From Bryobacterales bacterium (GTDB lineage Bacteria; Acidobacteriota; Terriglobia; Bryobacterales; UBA6623): DNA of 64,000 nucleotides. Both the position numbers and the translations under genes were made by a program. The DNA is taken from contig CBDDCH010000002.1 in the NCBI GenBank assembly GCA_965226215.1, positions 2,517,228 through 2,581,227 on the forward strand, given 5' to 3'. Under the pieces are notes generated by a model that worked only from the letters and a program-made list of their open reading frames with translations, had not been told where the DNA came from and did not search any database. Shown here piece by piece: positions 26,401 through 36,056 of this stretch (the stretch's first letter is position 1; the number at the start of each line of letters is the position of its first letter).

Positions 26401-27057
26401 GACCTGCCTGGTCACCTCTTGCAGGATGTCGTTAACGCGATCGAGATTTTGGCGAGCGCTTTCGAGTTTCAACTCCGCCAGCCGTTTTTTCGTCTTGAAC
26501 CTTGTGACGCCGGCCGCTTCTTCGACAAAGGCGCGCCTGTCTACGGGGCGGGAGCTCAGGATTTGCTCGATTCTTCCTTGCTCGATGATGGCGTAGTGCT
26601 GCGGTCCCAGACCGGTGCCCATGAACAGCTCTCGGACGTCGCGCAGGCGGCAGGTCTTGCCGTTGATCAGGTATTGGCTTTCACCGGATCGAAACAGCTT
26701 GCGCGTAACGACCATCTCTTCGGGCCGCTTGGCCAAGCTTGCCGGGACACCGTTTGAGCCGGTTCCGTTTCTTTCGGCCAAATAGGCTTCCGGGTCCACC
26801 AGCGTCAAGCTGATCGAAGCCAAGCCCGAGGGTTTGCGGTCCCGCGAGCCATTGAAAATAAGGTCCTGCATGCGAGCGCCACGGAGGCTTTTGGCCGACT
26901 GTTCACCGATCACCCAACTGATAGCGTCACCGATGTTCGACTTCCCGCATCCGTTAGGGCCGACGATGGCAGCGATACCATCGCCGCTGAAGCGCAGTTC
27001 CTGACGGTCACAGAACGACTTGAAGCCAAAAAGTTCCAGTTTCTTGAGGCTTAGCAC
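23401..27057 (-). CDS. smc: chromosome segregation protein SMC
   Basis: The 1218-aa ORF has an N-terminal Walker A (GPNGCGKSN), very long coiled coils and a hinge. The C-terminus carries LSGGEKSLTAVALL and Walker B FCVLDEVDAALD. Confidence 0.95.
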   Translation of the reverse strand: MLSLKKLELFGFKSFCDRQELRFSGDGIAAIVGPNGCGKSNIGDAISWVIGEQSAKSLRGARMQDLIFNGSRDRKPSGLASISLTLVDPEAYLAERNGTGSNGVPASLAKRPEEMVVTRKLFRSGESQYLINGKTCRLRDVRELFMGTGLGPQHYAIIEQGRIEQILSSRPVDRRAFVEEAAGVTRFKTKKRLAELKLESARQNLDRVNDILQEVTRQVNSLKRQASRAHRHEELRNRLKATLSVLLAGRYRRLDEQLGSWAAESDEAEDENRLLAERLHQLESELTSHRKQQQLQDTALASGREEVSQLVVNIERLRSRVEQQAGTAKENEKREKQWQAQISYLAERLEQLEAELASEEAALEQVAAGQDIAQQALMQKTSDVEQCQAGLADDEREQERGRRGMLQLLGEIATVRNEVAKLEEFLAGTERRIAGLQKEEEDAQQEIAGLAGRRKQAELEVERERNNLEALAARRKSIEQQIGSHREQAATGREQVERLQEELSRSRARRDSLEEILSHHAYTAESVKNFFAAIDRRAEQGFHPTGILADYVEVASEHERIAEDFLRDELEFVVVKSWKEARQGVQLVRRDLHGEVTFLVHPDSSLAEEIPALGPETGVTGRLADSIRLTNGLSGAASSLLPRLRGCYLVEDEEAARRLAVQYPDLSFLLPDGVCYRGHTVRGGKPGTSGPLSLKRELRELTPKIAAAETSLREALAMASRAEDEIENKSTELETVKSECQETEKRLLAGEHELRRLDEEIDRGERQRSVASVERERLQHTAQEASADRDARSRQIEQKETERGQGEKLLADLEQRIRENQGRLASLLQEQTQARTQLATLEERHKGATASSARARQRVEEQNERMQSMSSQMRESEAERVRLLEDNVELESRIEQQCTRRVEAEREASEIAGSLAELRGRVETSEEQIGVERSSLDEIRDHRSTIDVRLAEIRSEVKHLEEECRREIGKPIREVSDGESADLADEELAAAEARHQETKAKLDSLGPVNVLALEEFQEAKERLDFLEAQKKDLVDSIADTQTAIAEIDAVSRRKFQDAFEAINKNFHEVFRTLFGGGQAEMKLTDESNAADSGIDIIASPPGKRLQNVALLSGGEKSLTAVALLMATFQYKPSPFCVLDEVDAALDEPNLARFSRLVSEMSDRTQFILITHSKTTMESAQTLYGVTMQQPGVSQLVSVRMADHENGRAAASQRATERG

Positions 27058-27294
27058 GCTCGTTCACCTTGAGGCCCGACTGGGTTCAGATAGTGCTCGT
27101 TCCAGCTTACACTGTTAGCGATCCAGTGAGTTCAAACCGGGATACGAGTCCCGCCTACGCTTGATTATAGTAACTCCGTCGAATCCCGTTGTAAAGCCCT
27201 AACAACAATATTTAGTGTTAAATCGGGCAGACCGTACAATATCTGGGGCTACGGTTCCCACGCTGACCTCCCCCGGGGCGGTACAATACTAATC

Positions 27295-28332
27295 GTGATG
27301 CTCACCCTTGGCAGCATACGATCTTGTGTCTTGACGCTGATTGTGGCCGTTACGGCTTTGCCGGTCGCCGGCCAGACCTCGCCGCATCTTTCGAACGTGC
27401 GCCAGCTTACTTTCGGAGGCCAAAACGCAGAGGCCTATTGGTCGCCCGACGGGGGCCGGCTCATCTTCCAATCCACCCCTGAGGGGAACAGCTGCGACCA
27501 GATCTACGTCATGAACGCGGACGGCTCGGGAGTCGAGCGCGTCTCGACCGGAAAAGGCGCGACCACCTGCGGATATTTTCTTCCCCACGGGAAGCGGATT
27601 ATCTACGCCTCGACTCACGCGGGCCAGGCGGACTGTCCGCCGCGCCCTGATCGCAGCGAGGGTTACGTCTGGGCCGTGCATGAAACCTACGAGCTTTACG
27701 TCGCGGATGACGACGGGAGCAACCTGCGAAAGCTCACCGAAACTCTAGGATATGACGCTGAAGCCACCGTCAACTGGAAAACCGGCCAGGTTATTTATAC
27801 CTCGAAGGCGTCCGGCGATCTCGATCTGTGGTCCATGGACCTCGACGGGGGAAATAAGCGACGGCTGACGAAAACTCTGGGCTACGACGGCGGGGCGTTC
27901 TTTTCGCCGGCCGGCGAAAAGATCGTCTGGCGAGCTCATCACCCAACCGAAGCCCCGTTGATCGAGCGCTACCGTGAGCTGTTGGCCCGGAATCTTACGG
28001 CGCCGATGAAAATGGAACTGTTTGTCGCCAACTCCGACGGCTCCGATGCGCGCCGGATCACGAACTTCGGTTGTGCCAGCTTCGCGCCGCAGTTCACCGC
28101 CGATGGCCGGCGCATCATCTTCTCCTCGAACAAGAACCGCTGCGACAGCCGCGAGTTCGAGCTTTTTCTGATTGACCTGGATGGAAACAACCTCGAGCAG
28201 GTCACCGACTTTGGAGGCTTTACGTCCTTTGCCGAGTTTTCACCCGACGGGGAAAGGCTAGTCTTCACGTCGAGCCACAACGCCAAGAGCCGTTACGAAT
28301 TCAACATCTTCGTGGCTGATTGGGAGCAGTAG
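27295..28332 (+). CDS. secreted TolB-like beta-propeller protein (PD40/WD40-like repeats)
   Basis: It has a signal peptide and repeated ...PDG.R..F.S... blocks (AYWSPDGGRLIFQS, FSPAGEKIVW, FAPQFTADGRRIIFSS, FSPDGERLVFTS). Confidence 0.8.
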   Translation: MMLTLGSIRSCVLTLIVAVTALPVAGQTSPHLSNVRQLTFGGQNAEAYWSPDGGRLIFQSTPEGNSCDQIYVMNADGSGVERVSTGKGATTCGYFLPHGKRIIYASTHAGQADCPPRPDRSEGYVWAVHETYELYVADDDGSNLRKLTETLGYDAEATVNWKTGQVIYTSKASGDLDLWSMDLDGGNKRRLTKTLGYDGGAFFSPAGEKIVWRAHHPTEAPLIERYRELLARNLTAPMKMELFVANSDGSDARRITNFGCASFAPQFTADGRRIIFSSNKNRCDSREFELFLIDLDGNNLEQVTDFGGFTSFAEFSPDGERLVFTSSHNAKSRYEFNIFVADWEQ

Positions 28333-28571
28333 CGGGCCACGCTAGAGGCGCCTGCGTCATGCAAGGACCTCCCAAGCTTGCCAAACAGAGCCGCGGGCGT
28401 AAGCACACGTCAAGGCGCGGATGAACTCTTCGATGCGACAAGCCGTTGTGCTCAACGGGCCATGGCCGCTCACTCGCGTTCGCGGCTCTGATTCGGGCAT
28501 GGCGAGGGCGTGCGTGAGCAAGAAGCTGAGCCTGGAACGCCAGTGACAGGCCAAATCCCGGTAGCGACCAC

Positions 28572-28712
28572 GGGAAAGTCGGGGGAAAGTCGGAAAGTCG
28601 GGGAAAGTCGGGGGAAAGTCGGAAAGTCGGGGAAAGTCGGGGAAAGTCGGGGAAAGTCGGGGAAAGTCGGGGAAAGTCGGGGAAAGTCGGGGAAAGTCGG
28701 GGAAAGTCGGGG
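28572..28712. repeat. tandem array of 14 GAAAGTC cores separated by G2-G5 runs (consensus unit GGGGAAAGTC)
   Basis: Direct reading. The last nine units are perfect 10-mers. ORFs 28357..28782, 28470..28841 and 28510..28986 are just translations of this array. Confidence 0.95.
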
Positions 28713-29071
28713 ACAGGCTACGACTTTCGGGAAAGCGCGTAGCCCTGCCGCGACCGTTTGTTCGTCGCCTCCGGGGACACACGTGCCAGCTATCCTCAAG
28801 AGGGGGGCCTCGCGACCGGCATCACGCACGACGAACGACAAAAAACGAAACAGACCAAATATCTCGCAACAAACCTGTAATCAATGGTTTGCGTGGTCCT
28901 TTTCTCGGTGGTCGAGAGCGGGAGCTGATCTCGCCGCTCACTCGCGCTCGCGGTTTCGAATTGCTCGTGGTGAATTGCAGCTTTGACCGCAGGCTTCCGC
29001 CTGCGGCTCTGCTGGGTGCTCGCGCCCGAGGCGGTATATCGACCGCGCAAGTCCAGGCCGCGAACGTCCGG

Positions 29072-30790
29072 TCAGCTCCAAGGGCCGAGGGGCGAAACCG
29101 ATGTCTCGCCACGCCCGGTCTGTGTCGTCACTCGGACTCGGATAGCCTCGGGATAGGAATCGGACCCATGGTAGGTGACCGTGTAGCGGGCCGAGATTTT
29201 GCGCATGAGTTCCGTGCACACCGACGCAAGCTCATCTCCGCCCTCGGTCGAGAAAAACCTGCCGCCGGTCGGGTCGGCCAGATCCGGCAGGGACCCAGTC
29301 CGAGCTTCCGCGCCGAATCCAACGACGTACAACGGAGCGGCGATGTCTCTGGCTCTGCGCACAATGTCGCTGAAGTTGGATTCGCTTCCTCGGTCCGGCC
29401 CGTCGGCGATAGCGATGACGGCCCGGCAGCCTGCACTTTGGCCGGCAACCTCTTCGAAGGCCCTCTCAACTGCATCGTGGAGTCGAGAAGACGTCCGCAT
29501 GCCCATGTGCTTGCGTTGAACAACAGCTTTAAGGAGCTTGAGGTTGTCGGTCAGGCCCACGGCGCGCTCGACATCCATGGAGAACTTTACAATGGCCACT
29601 CTATCATCGCGCCGCTTGTGGCGCAGGCTCTTGATGACCGCGGTGTTCATCTCCTGGATGGCGGAGGCAGACATGCTTCCGCTGCAATCAAGAACCCAGG
29701 CGATGGCCGCGGGATCGCATTGCTCGGGACCGAAAACCTCCTGCCCGTTGACGCTGCCGCCGTCTTCTTGGAGCTGAAAGTCCTGGTGGGATAGGCCGGC
29801 AACCGCAAAGCCTTCCGAATCCGTCACGGCAAGGTGGAGACGGCGCAGTGACGTCTCGTCAGCGACTGCATAGAGCGGCTCGATCGTGAACGCGGCGAGG
29901 CCCGCGGATTCTTGGGGGACCGCACTCGGGATCGAGCTTGCGTCGGCGGGAATTTTTCCCAAAGCTTCGTCGGCTTTGCGGCCCACTTCGCTCGCCTGAT
30001 CCCGTTGCATTCGTTTCAGCGTGGATAGGAAGCGCGTGGCCTGAGTTTCTCCCATGGCCCAAGCAGCGATAGCTCGGAAGTCGCCGTTCTGATGGCGGGC
30101 CAGCTCCTCTAATTTTTCGAAGGCTGCGTCCTCATCGATGCGGCGGTAGGCCAGGATGGCATTCGCTTGCACCCGCGGATTGGGGTCCGAGAAGGCCTCC
30201 GAAAGAACTTCCGGATCCGGCGTTCGATCAGCCATCCCCAGACCCTCAAGAGCACTGGCCCGGACCGCGGGATTCGGATCCCGCATCACATTGGCGACAA
30301 AAATTTCGTTCTGACAATGGCGCGCAAAAATCAACGCGGCGTTAGACCTCAACTCAGGGCTTCTGTCTCGCAACGAACGGATCAGAAGCGGCAGGGTTCG
30401 GTTGTTCTGAACTACTACGGCCAGCAGACGGAGGATTCTCAATGCTTGGCTTTCATGAGCGTCTTTCAACGCTCTCGCCAGCCGGACGTCGATATGATCG
30501 ACGTTGGCGTGAATAAACCTGGCCAGAAATAAGGATTCGTCGAGGGAACACAAGGAAGGGCTGAGCAGAATACCGGGGAGCATTCCTTCTTTCTCGAGCA
30601 GCCAAACGACAATCCTTGCGGCCGGGCATTGTTCCGCTGCCAGTAGATACTTGACGGCAGCCTGTTGAAAGCCCCGGCGGTCTTGGCTGAGGAGATCACC
30701 GAGCCGGTGGCCAAGGTCGCGCGGGTTGTCGTCGCCTCTCGCCAGAAGTGATGCGACTTGGTCCTCGACAAGGGTAGCTTTTTCGGTCAA
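29072..30790 (-). CDS. HEAT-repeat plus von Willebrand factor A (VWA) domain protein
   Basis: The N-terminal half has HEAT/PBS-lyase-like repeats (...DPNPAVRASALEGLG..., ...DPNPRVQANAILAY...). The C-terminal VWA domain has the MIDAS-type motif VLDCSGSMS. Confidence 0.75.
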   Translation of the reverse strand: MTEKATLVEDQVASLLARGDDNPRDLGHRLGDLLSQDRRGFQQAAVKYLLAAEQCPAARIVVWLLEKEGMLPGILLSPSLCSLDESLFLARFIHANVDHIDVRLARALKDAHESQALRILRLLAVVVQNNRTLPLLIRSLRDRSPELRSNAALIFARHCQNEIFVANVMRDPNPAVRASALEGLGMADRTPDPEVLSEAFSDPNPRVQANAILAYRRIDEDAAFEKLEELARHQNGDFRAIAAWAMGETQATRFLSTLKRMQRDQASEVGRKADEALGKIPADASSIPSAVPQESAGLAAFTIEPLYAVADETSLRRLHLAVTDSEGFAVAGLSHQDFQLQEDGGSVNGQEVFGPEQCDPAAIAWVLDCSGSMSASAIQEMNTAVIKSLRHKRRDDRVAIVKFSMDVERAVGLTDNLKLLKAVVQRKHMGMRTSSRLHDAVERAFEEVAGQSAGCRAVIAIADGPDRGSESNFSDIVRRARDIAAPLYVVGFGAEARTGSLPDLADPTGGRFFSTEGGDELASVCTELMRKISARYTVTYHGSDSYPEAIRVRVTTQTGRGETSVSPLGPWS

Positions 30791-31188
30791 GAGGAGGCCC
30801 CTCTACTTCTGTGTGTCTTATCGGATGTTTCCCCAGGGTTGTTGGACAACACTATCTATGGGTAGCGGGATCATCGACGCCACAGACCGGGCCACTGCTG
30901 AATGGCTGACCACGAACATAGCGACGTTGCTTCCGGCGGTAGCGCAGCAGTGGCGAAAGGTCCCCGGGCGCTTTTACGAAGCACGGGCAGCGGCCGGCCT
31001 GCGGGAAAATGCCGACCGTTTCAGAGTGGCTAGCGCGGCGATGTGATAAGGGGGCGAGCGGGAGGCTGGTTGGGTAGGGCTCGCAAGGTGAACGCGAGTG
31101 AGGGATGGGATAAACGTCTCAGCTTTCGATCGACTGAGCGAAGTGATGGGAGGACGGCTGGCCGCCTGGAGGGTGCGCCAAAAAACGG

Positions 31189-32416
31189 CTAGTCTTCGTT
31201 GACCAGAGAGATATCGTCGATCCACACTGTTCCGGCCAGCTTGTTGTCGAACTTACGAGAAGGCTGACGGACTAGCTGGATTTGCAGCAACCGGCTCTGT
31301 CGAGGCACAGAGAGCTTGATTTCGAGCGTTTTCCAGTCGCAAGTACCCCTGACGGTTTTCGTTCGCAGGTCGACGCGAGACTGACGTTCCGCATCGTAGA
31401 TTCGGAACCCGACTCCCTGGTCGGTCGTCAGCCCGCGGGCCCGAATGGCTGCCCGGAAGCGCATTCTGCCGGGGTTTACCACGACCTTTTGGTAAACATG
31501 TCGATAGGCAATGTTTGCTTCTCCGTCGAAGCGGACTTTCAGTGACCGAGAGCCCTCGAATGCGGTCACCACGTCCCACGAGGCGTCGGCGTGTTGGTCA
31601 GGAGTGATATTCCAATCGAGGGCAGTTCCGGTGGGTTCTTGTTCAAAGCTTGCATTGAATACACGATTTGCTTTGCGCCCTTGCTCCCGCGCCCTGTAAG
31701 CATGTTCAGCCAGCACCTTGGACGCGGCCTCGTACTGCCGAGCGCCCAGCAACCAATCGACGTAGGAGCGGAGCAAGTCCCGATTGGCGAGCGAGTTCTC
31801 CCTCAGCCAATCCCACGCAAAAGCTAGCTGAGAAAGAGACCCCGCTTCGATAAGGTGGCGGAAGTACGCTGGCGCGGCGCGACCGTCCCTGGGCATGCCG
31901 CGGCGCAAGATGTCGGCGGCGGGAATGCCCAACCTCGTGAAATTGCGGAATATTGCTTGGTCATAGTCACGGGATAAGGCTAGCGCACGGGCAGTAAGAC
32001 GTAGGGCGCGATCGATTTCGTCGTGCCCGTAGAAAAAGTTTGCGGCGCGCAACAAGATTCGGGGGGGGGGTGTTGGGCCCTCGCTCGACAGACTGTTGGT
32101 GGCAGTGGCGCGCCTCTTCAAGCCGCCCGGCGCGTGTATAGCTGTCCGCGAGGTCGCTCCAGCGGTAAGGTGAGGCGGGATCCCGCGCCAGAGCCTCTTG
32201 AAACAGCGGCCCTTGGACATGGGCTCCTTGTGGGCCGGCCCGCCACAGTTCTTGGCGGGCGCGGTGCAGCAGGATCTGGCTGTCGCACACTAGCCATTGG
32301 CACGCGATCTGCTCGAGCCGCGGGTACTTTTCAAACCAAGTGCCGACGGCGATGCTTGCCGAGGCGTAAGCTGCTACGACGAGGGCCACGCCGAGCGGTA
32401 GCCGTCTGTTCTCCAT
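31189..32416 (-). pseudogene. membrane-anchored TPR-like protein with a C-terminal carbohydrate-binding-module-like beta-sandwich, split by a frameshift in a C10 tract
   Basis: ORF 31967..32641 (real start MENRRLPLGVALVVAAYA at 32416) and ORF 31189..32220 overlap at the homopolymer at 32061-32070. The two frames read ...VERGPNTPPP / PPPRILLRAANFFYGHDEID... A single-C contraction would fuse them. Confidence 0.6.
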
Positions 32417-32873
32417 GTTGGCCTGCCCCGCGGCGAAGGCTGTTGCTCTCTCGGGCCTCGTGCCCGCCAACCGGCTCCGTGGTCTGTCCGTGACGCTACC
32501 CGAACCAGCCGCGGGCTCTCGCGCCAAAGCCTTTCTCGTTAGCTCCAATACTGTCGACTTAAACCGTGACGGAACCCACGAATCTTTCCCCGCATGACGC
32601 CGTTTGTCATGTACCGCCGCGACATGTCGGTCCCTGGACAAGCGGGATCGCTTGTCCCTACTTGAGTCGTCACAAGCTGCGGCAGTCGGGACCGGCGATC
32701 TCGGCGTTCCCCGGGTCCGACATGTTGCGGCCGGGGAGCCGCCTGGCTGCCACCCTCCGTGTCCCCAAAAACCTTTGCGCCCAACTCGGAATCCTAGGGA
32801 GTAATTCGAGCATCCTTGGCCGCTAAGTAAACGGTAACGGGGTTAGCTCCGCTCACCGCAGCAGAAATGCGCG

Positions 32874-33557
32874 CTAGGGCGAGCGTGGCGGCGGAGCTTC
32901 TTCACCTGCGGTCAGACCGACGATGGCTCCCGCAGTCCCGGCCGCACCGAGTCCGAGGACCAGCGCAACACTCTGCCCGTGACTGAGCGACCCGATCGTC
33001 CAGCCACCGCTGCTGCCGGCCGTGGCGGCTCCACCTCCTCGGTCCCTGTCGTTGTCCTGCTCCCGGCGACCGGCCGGCGGCAAGGCGTACGATCCCGCGG
33101 GAACCAAGATTGGCGCCGTGTCTCCTCCGCGAATAATCACATCGCCCCGGTGGGCGGCAACCAACTGCTTCCCATCACGATCGGCAACGACAAACCAACT
33201 TCGCCCTGCCTGCGGGTCTTTGGGCCGCGCCGTATAGTCGCCAAAGCGGACGGAGTAGTTGTCGGCTCCTACGGCGCCGCTCTCCAGACGAACGTGATCT
33301 TGGCCAAGCTGGACGTGTGAACCTTCGCGGATCTCGACGCGGGCCGCGGCGGACGATAGGACTGCTACGCCCCCCGTTTCGGTGATAATCTCATCCCCGA
33401 TGACCACAGGCCACGAAGGGACTCCCTTGGCCGGCAACGATTCTCCGCTCACGGTCACGGCGCCCGTGCTGGTGAGGGTCCCGACCGGGGATGCGGCAAC
33501 TGCGAGAGTGACGGCGACTGTCAGAAGAAGCAGAAGCTTCGGTAAACGATTCGACAT
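32874..33557 (-). CDS. secreted FecR-like domain protein with a C-terminal TM anchor
   Basis: It has a signal peptide (MSNRLPKLLLLLTVAVTLAVA) and a FecR-like pattern (...PVVIGDEIITETGGVAVLSSAAARVEIREGSHVQL...). A Gly-rich linker and a hydrophobic tail follow. An RBS GGGAGG precedes the ATG. Confidence 0.5.
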   Translation of the reverse strand: MSNRLPKLLLLLTVAVTLAVAASPVGTLTSTGAVTVSGESLPAKGVPSWPVVIGDEIITETGGVAVLSSAAARVEIREGSHVQLGQDHVRLESGAVGADNYSVRFGDYTARPKDPQAGRSWFVVADRDGKQLVAAHRGDVIIRGGDTAPILVPAGSYALPPAGRREQDNDRDRGGGAATAGSSGGWTIGSLSHGQSVALVLGLGAAGTAGAIVGLTAGEEAPPPRSP

Positions 33558-33728
33558 GGATGTAACCTCCCAGATGATTTATCGTCACGACGAGCGATTT
33601 CAATTAACCTCGCCGGCCCATCGGTGACCCGCCGACCCTCCGTCTGTACTCCGAGTCGGCCCCTATTGACGGTCGCGATCGACGTGGTCCCGCAGCGTGT
33701 TGCCGTCGGGGATCTCAGGCCGATTCAT

Positions 33729-35099
33729 TCACTGCCGAAAGGACGCTCTTCGATGCTCTGGGTTAAGCGCGGCGGCGATTCCGAGCACCCAAGCGAAAAG
33801 CATCGTGTTCGCCGGGATATAAAGATTGAAGTCCGTCAGGCTGTGGGTCAGAATGGCCGCGATCGACCCCAGACAGGCGAGAGCGAGTAGGCGCAGGCTG
33901 GGCGCCCCAGCCCCTACAGCGACGCGAAAAGCCTTCAGCGTGATCGAGGCGATCAGCATGGCGCAAATCAAAAAGCCCGCGACGCCGAACTCGGCCAGGC
34001 CCTGCAGGTAATCGTTATGGGCGTAGTTGTCGGTGACATGCGGCCACGACTTCTTGTAGCGCAAGAACGCGGACTCGTAGGTCCCCAGCCCGCAGCCCAG
34101 CAGCGGATAAGACTGAATGAGAGAGAGTGTCTCCCGCCACAGCAGAAGCCGGCCTTCGGCAACCAATCCCTCAAGCGTGGCCGCTCGTGCGTAGAGGGCG
34201 ATGAATCCGTCCGGAGTTAAGAACAGGAAGCCCGCGAGCAGCACTCCGGCGACAAGAAGCAGCGCCAACAGTCTCTTGCCGCCCCTCACTCGATCAGTGA
34301 GGCCCACGCCGGCCATCACAAACAGCGAAACCAGCCCGGCTACGAACCCCGCCCTCGAAAACGAGCAAACGATGCCCACGAAAATCAGACCGCCGAGCCC
34401 CCATAGGCCACAGGCCTTAAAAGCGGCCCCGGTTTTCGGGTGGTATTCGGGGCGAAGCTCGCGAGTGACCGCTACGGCGGCCATCAAGGCGAAAGGCATC
34501 GACATCTCGAGCAATCCAGCGAAATGGTTGTGGTTGGCGTAGGTTCCTGTCGCTCCCTGTTGGGCGCCTCCGAGCAGGTACTGCGTCAGACCCAAGGCTG
34601 CTTCCACGCCCGCTATAGCCATGATCGGGGCGGCCGCCAGCCAGCGGCGCTGATCGAAATGCCAGCTCAACTCCCGCGCCAGCAGCATCACCAGCACGCA
34701 GCCCGCGATGCGCACCGCCTGAAACAGAGTAGCCGCAGGGCTGAGGGTGATGGGGGCCCAACCGGCTCCCGGGACGACGCCGGCGAGAGCTTCGTGGACC
34801 TCCCCGCGCGCGGGCGAGAGGACGCCGAGCGCAGCCGGGGGAAGTGGGACGAGCTGAAGGAACGCGCAGCCGAGCAGCAGCGCCAGCGGCCAACGAATGC
34901 CGCGCGGGAGCGGCGGGGGCCGCCTTCTCCCAATACTCCCCCACCAGATCAGCGCCAGAACCGCCACCCCCAGCAAGCAGAGTGTCCAATCCTGCTTCAG
35001 CTTGCCGCCGGCCTGAATAACTCCGTAAGCGAGGATCGCGCCCAGCGCGGCCAAACACAGCGTGGCCCCGTGGCGCGTTAACGTCCGACGAAGAATCAC
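33729..35099 (-). CDS. O-antigen ligase / Wzy_C-family membrane protein
   Basis: The 456-aa ORF has more than 10 TM helices, with ...YANHNHFAGLLEM... and ...NYAHNDYLQGLAEFGVAGF... in the large-loop region typical of this family. Confidence 0.8.
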   Translation of the reverse strand: MILRRTLTRHGATLCLAALGAILAYGVIQAGGKLKQDWTLCLLGVAVLALIWWGSIGRRRPPPLPRGIRWPLALLLGCAFLQLVPLPPAALGVLSPARGEVHEALAGVVPGAGWAPITLSPAATLFQAVRIAGCVLVMLLARELSWHFDQRRWLAAAPIMAIAGVEAALGLTQYLLGGAQQGATGTYANHNHFAGLLEMSMPFALMAAVAVTRELRPEYHPKTGAAFKACGLWGLGGLIFVGIVCSFSRAGFVAGLVSLFVMAGVGLTDRVRGGKRLLALLLVAGVLLAGFLFLTPDGFIALYARAATLEGLVAEGRLLLWRETLSLIQSYPLLGCGLGTYESAFLRYKKSWPHVTDNYAHNDYLQGLAEFGVAGFLICAMLIASITLKAFRVAVGAGAPSLRLLALACLGSIAAILTHSLTDFNLYIPANTMLFAWVLGIAAALNPEHRRASFRQ

Positions 35100-35102
35100 G
35101 GC

Positions 35103-35941
35103 TTAGCAGGGCTCCGCCCACGAGCGGTGAACGGCCAGATAATTCGTCGCCCCGCGGAAGTACTCGAGATCTTCGTAGTATTCCTCGATCGTCACCAGGG
35201 AGCCGCCGGGACAAATCCGTTTGACCAGGAACCCGTGAAATTGCAACAGATCCCAGAAATCGTGAAAGAACGTTCGGGAATTGGTCTGTCCTGAACCGAA
35301 TCCAAACGAGAGCGCGCGAATCCGCCCCGCGGCCAGGGATCGGCGAGCGCCCCGCAGGGCGGCGAAGTCATCCCCGTCTACATCGAGTTTGAGGAAATCC
35401 ACGATTTCGATATTGCGCTGTGCGATCACTTCATCGAGGGTCACGACGGAGACCTCCTCTTCGAGTACGCGGTCGGATTGAAAGTAGCTGTCGCGCCGCG
35501 GGTGCCGCGAAGCGATCGGGGACCCGGGATGAGGGCTGTAAAGGACGGCGCGGCCCGACGTGTCCGCCACGGCCGCGCCGATCAACTCGGTGTCGGGAGT
35601 CTTCGACTCCCGAGTTCGGCCTGGCAGTGAGAAGAAGGCTCGAACTGCAAGATGCGGCAGCGGTAGCCGAGGCGTTCCCCCATGCGTCGGGACCACTCCC
35701 CGCGGTTGGCTCCCACATCGAAGAGCGTCGGATTCGGACGATGAATATGCGACGCGGCGGCGCGCACTTCTCCGTCCATATCCCAGCCGGTCCCGGCGCC
35801 TTTTCCTTGGATCATAGCTGCGTAAATCTCGAACATCGGCAGCACGCGGCGCACGGGAGTCCCCATCAACGTGCGCGCGAGAAAAGGGGCCGCCGTCTTC
35901 CCGAGCCGATTGAGCAGGCCGGGTTCGTGGGGTTTCAGCAT
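35103..35941 (-). pseudogene. FkbM-family methyltransferase, frameshifted
   Basis: The N-terminal part (MLKPHEPG...LFDVGANRGEWS...ILQFEPSSHCQAELG) lies in the frame of ORF 35582..35956. The C-terminal part (...TELIGAAVADTSGRAVLY...VDFLKLDVDGDDFAALRGA...) lies in the frame of ORF 35103..36050. An RBS GGAGG sits 8 nt before the ATG at 35941. Confidence 0.65.
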
Positions 35942-36056
35942 AGAGTTCACCTCCAAACGACAGCTTCTTGTGAAATGAGGGGCCGGCTCGGCGGGCCAGG
36001 CCGGGGACCGCTGCTGCGGGACCCACGGTGTGGCGGCACGTCGGCCGCACTATTCG

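Noticed and set aside
27230-27294. Promoter call from the two GTACAATA boxes upstream of the TolB-like gene (the second lies only 8 nt before the GTG, hinting at a leaderless mRNA)
   Set aside because: It is suggestive of a -10 element. With no -35 element and no transcript data, I cannot support it as an annotated feature.
28572-28712. Possible CRISPR array
   Set aside because: The units are 8-11 bp with no unique spacers between them, and no cas genes or leader are nearby. It is a microsatellite/minisatellite, not CRISPR.
28357-28986. Three overlapping ORFs with striking repetitive peptides (FPDFPRLSPT..., KVGESRGKSG...)
   Set aside because: They are simply the three-frame translations of the (GGGGAAAGTC)n tandem array. 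They have no start or RBS context and no non-repetitive domain.
30858-31046. A possible 62-aa plus-strand ORF (MGSGIIDATDRATAEWLTTNIATLL...) in the 400-bp gap upstream of the VWA/HEAT gene
   Set aside because: It has no recognisable RBS, motif or homology that I can assert. It could be real, but I cannot support it from the sequence alone.
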